Shown piece after piece: positions 63,006 to 64,000 of a stretch of DNA of 64,000 nucleotides. The stretch covers positions 243,342-307,341 of the forward strand of contig CBDFKQ010000004.1 of the NCBI GenBank assembly GCA_965248855.1, read 5' to 3'. The notes beneath the pieces are model-generated. The model saw only the letters and a list, made by a program, of their open reading frames with translations. It ran no database searches and was not told where the DNA came from. Origin of the DNA: Spirosomataceae bacterium (GTDB lineage: Bacteria; Bacteroidota; Bacteroidia; Cytophagales; 172606-1). Made by a program: the position numbers and the translations under genes. Positions within the stretch are counted from its first letter, which is position 1. Every line of letters begins with the position of its first letter.

Positions 63006-64000
63006 TTATATTTTGCTTTTTACTGCTTCCATTACGCTTTTTAATTTTTCGCAGCGCTCTTTTAGTTGGGCATCCGTCCACCCGATTTTAATTTGCAGGG
63101 AAATTAATCTGCCAACTATATTATCAGATTTTGGGAAACTTAAGTTTTTCCAATCCTGAGGTTTATCTTGAAATTCGATTGCTAAAGGTGCTAATGTTTT
63201 TAAATTGGTAAGGTGGTCCCAATTTTTAATATAATGGTAATTATTGTCGTACCAATATTGGAAACCATCTAAGCCTTGTGCTTTCATTTCATCAATAGCC
63301 AACCTTGCAGTAGCTTCGTCGGGCAGAAAGATGGAAAGAAAAGTAGCAGAGTCTCCGGCTTCATCAGGTTGTTCGCGAAATTTGATAAAAGAGAATTTGT
63401 TTAACGTATCAACTATTACTGCTTTATTTTTTCGTTGAACCTCTATAAATGTTTTTATTTTACGCATTTGCGCTAAGCCGACAGCCGCGTTAAACTCTCC
63501 TATTCTGAAGTTGATACCCAGCGCCGGATGTTTTTCTGCACCTCTGTTGTTACCGATATGGTCGTGACCATGATCGGAGAACATATCTGCATTTTTATAT
63601 AATTGCTCGTCGTTGGTAACCACCACTCCACCTTCACCACAGGTAGTAATTTTAAAAAAATCAAAAGAATAGCAGCCCATCATACCAATAGTGCCTGAAA
63701 ATTTTCCTTTATAACTTGCACCTAATGCCTGAGCAGAATCTTCAATTAATTTTATATTATTTTCTTTACAGACCTCTACAATTTCGTCCATTTTGCCCAT
63801 TGCACCGCACATTTGAACCAGCAAAACGGCTTTTGTTTTTGGTGTGATAACAGCCTTAACACCTTCCGGAGATAGGTTTAAAGTTTCATCTATTTCTGCA
63901 AAAACAGGGATAGCACCTGCCCATAAAACAGCTTCGATAGTTGCGATATATGTAAAGGGTGGAACAATCACTTCGTCGTTATAGCCAACTCCGCATGCTG
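63006..64000 (-). CDS. DegT/DnrJ/EryC1/StrS-family PLP-dependent aminotransferase (partial; N-terminus beyond the window)
   Basis: CYSFDFFKITTCGEGGVVVTNDEQLY (PLP-Lys region) and FSDHGHDH. The ORF is open to the window edge. Confidence 0.85.
   Translation of the reverse strand, partial: ACGVGYNDEVIVPPFTYIATIEAVLWAGAIPVFAEIDETLNLSPEGVKAVITPKTKAVLLVQMCGAMGKMDEIVEVCKENNIKLIEDSAQALGASYKGKFSGTIGMMGCYSFDFFKITTCGEGGVVVTNDEQLYKNADMFSDHGHDHIGNNRGAEKHPALGINFRIGEFNAAVGLAQMRKIKTFIEVQRKNKAVIVDTLNKFSFIKFREQPDEAGDSATFLSIFLPDEATARLAIDEMKAQGLDGFQYWYDNNYHYIKNWDHLTNLKTLAPLAIEFQDKPQDWKNLSFPKSDNIVGRLISLQIKIGWTDAQLKERCEKLKSVMEAVKSKI

Noticed and set aside
5407-63438. Many 60-130-aa ORFs antisense to or nested in long genes. 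Examples: 5407-5601, 7414-7608, 7981-8259, 9590-9796, 10053-10241, 13510-13943, 14103-14309, 17599-17865, 18036-18349, 19350-19559, 21080-21431, 27587-27814, 28491-28880, 29542-29781, 30978-31163, 32364-32636, 38704-38958, 43634-44163, 47158-47373, 52049-52296, 56723-56917, 59616-59831, 60458-60691, 61400-61585, 61829-62011 and 63244-63438.
   Set aside because: Each is fully contained in, or opposite to, a longer ORF with clear family motifs. Their low-complexity, Phe/Ile/Leu/Ser-rich translations are what antisense frames of AT-rich genes typically give.
1-64000. A search for CRISPR arrays, tRNA genes and rRNA genes.
   Set aside because: I found no regularly spaced direct repeats, no T-loop-type GTTCGAATC-like sequence in a cloverleaf context, and no rRNA-like conserved blocks on visual inspection. 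A tRNAscan/Infernal run would be needed for certainty.

Overview
This is an AT-rich chromosomal segment that looks like Bacteroidota. It carries type IX secretion components, TonB-dependent receptors with CarboxypepD_reg N-termini, DUF1080 and NamZ, and many lipoprotein signal peptides. I support about 55 protein-coding genes, one IS3-family insertion sequence, several gene remnants and a set of Rho-independent terminators. I saw no rRNA, tRNA or CRISPR array by eye. All product calls come from motif recognition in the supplied translations; no database search or GC calculation was possible.

The layout, left to right:
- 0-5.9 kb: gpx, a PhyH-SDR pair, a decayed toxin-antitoxin pair, and SRPBCC / AraC / START genes.
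- 5.99-15.1 kb: a tightly coupled seven-gene operon. Its genes are HMG-CoA reductase, a UbiA prenyltransferase, a rifampin-phosphotransferase-like PEP-utilising kinase, a BtaA-like DUF3419 protein, a polyprenol-kinase-like protein, a GNAT-like protein and an adenylating enzyme. I cannot assign this combination to any characterised pathway, and it is the best candidate for an undescribed system, probably making an isoprenoid-based polar lipid.
- 15.8-30 kb: an orphan CZB-PAS histidine kinase, namZ, dnaB, a cyclophilin, a NuiA-like / HExxH / retropepsin trio, sugar-related genes, queD-folE, an S8 protease, a Uma2 endonuclease and an intact PIN toxin-antitoxin pair.
- 30-47 kb: a GH78-like glycosidase, a large TraB/GumN protein, a putative zinc-limitation cluster (TBDR, His/Cys-rich protein, COG0523 GTPase) and a PorV-like plus 1694-aa C25 peptidase (PorU2-like) pair.
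- 47.8-48.9 kb: a 1.1-kb gene desert with a perfect 26-bp-arm palindrome, a GC-rich island and three copies of a dispersed repeat.
- 48.9-64 kb: parE, a TBDR / beta-helix lipoprotein / phosphoesterase locus, small hypothetical genes, an IS3 element with a 3-bp target duplication inserted between two small genes, a rearrangement scar with a truncated paralog, and a partial DegT aminotransferase.
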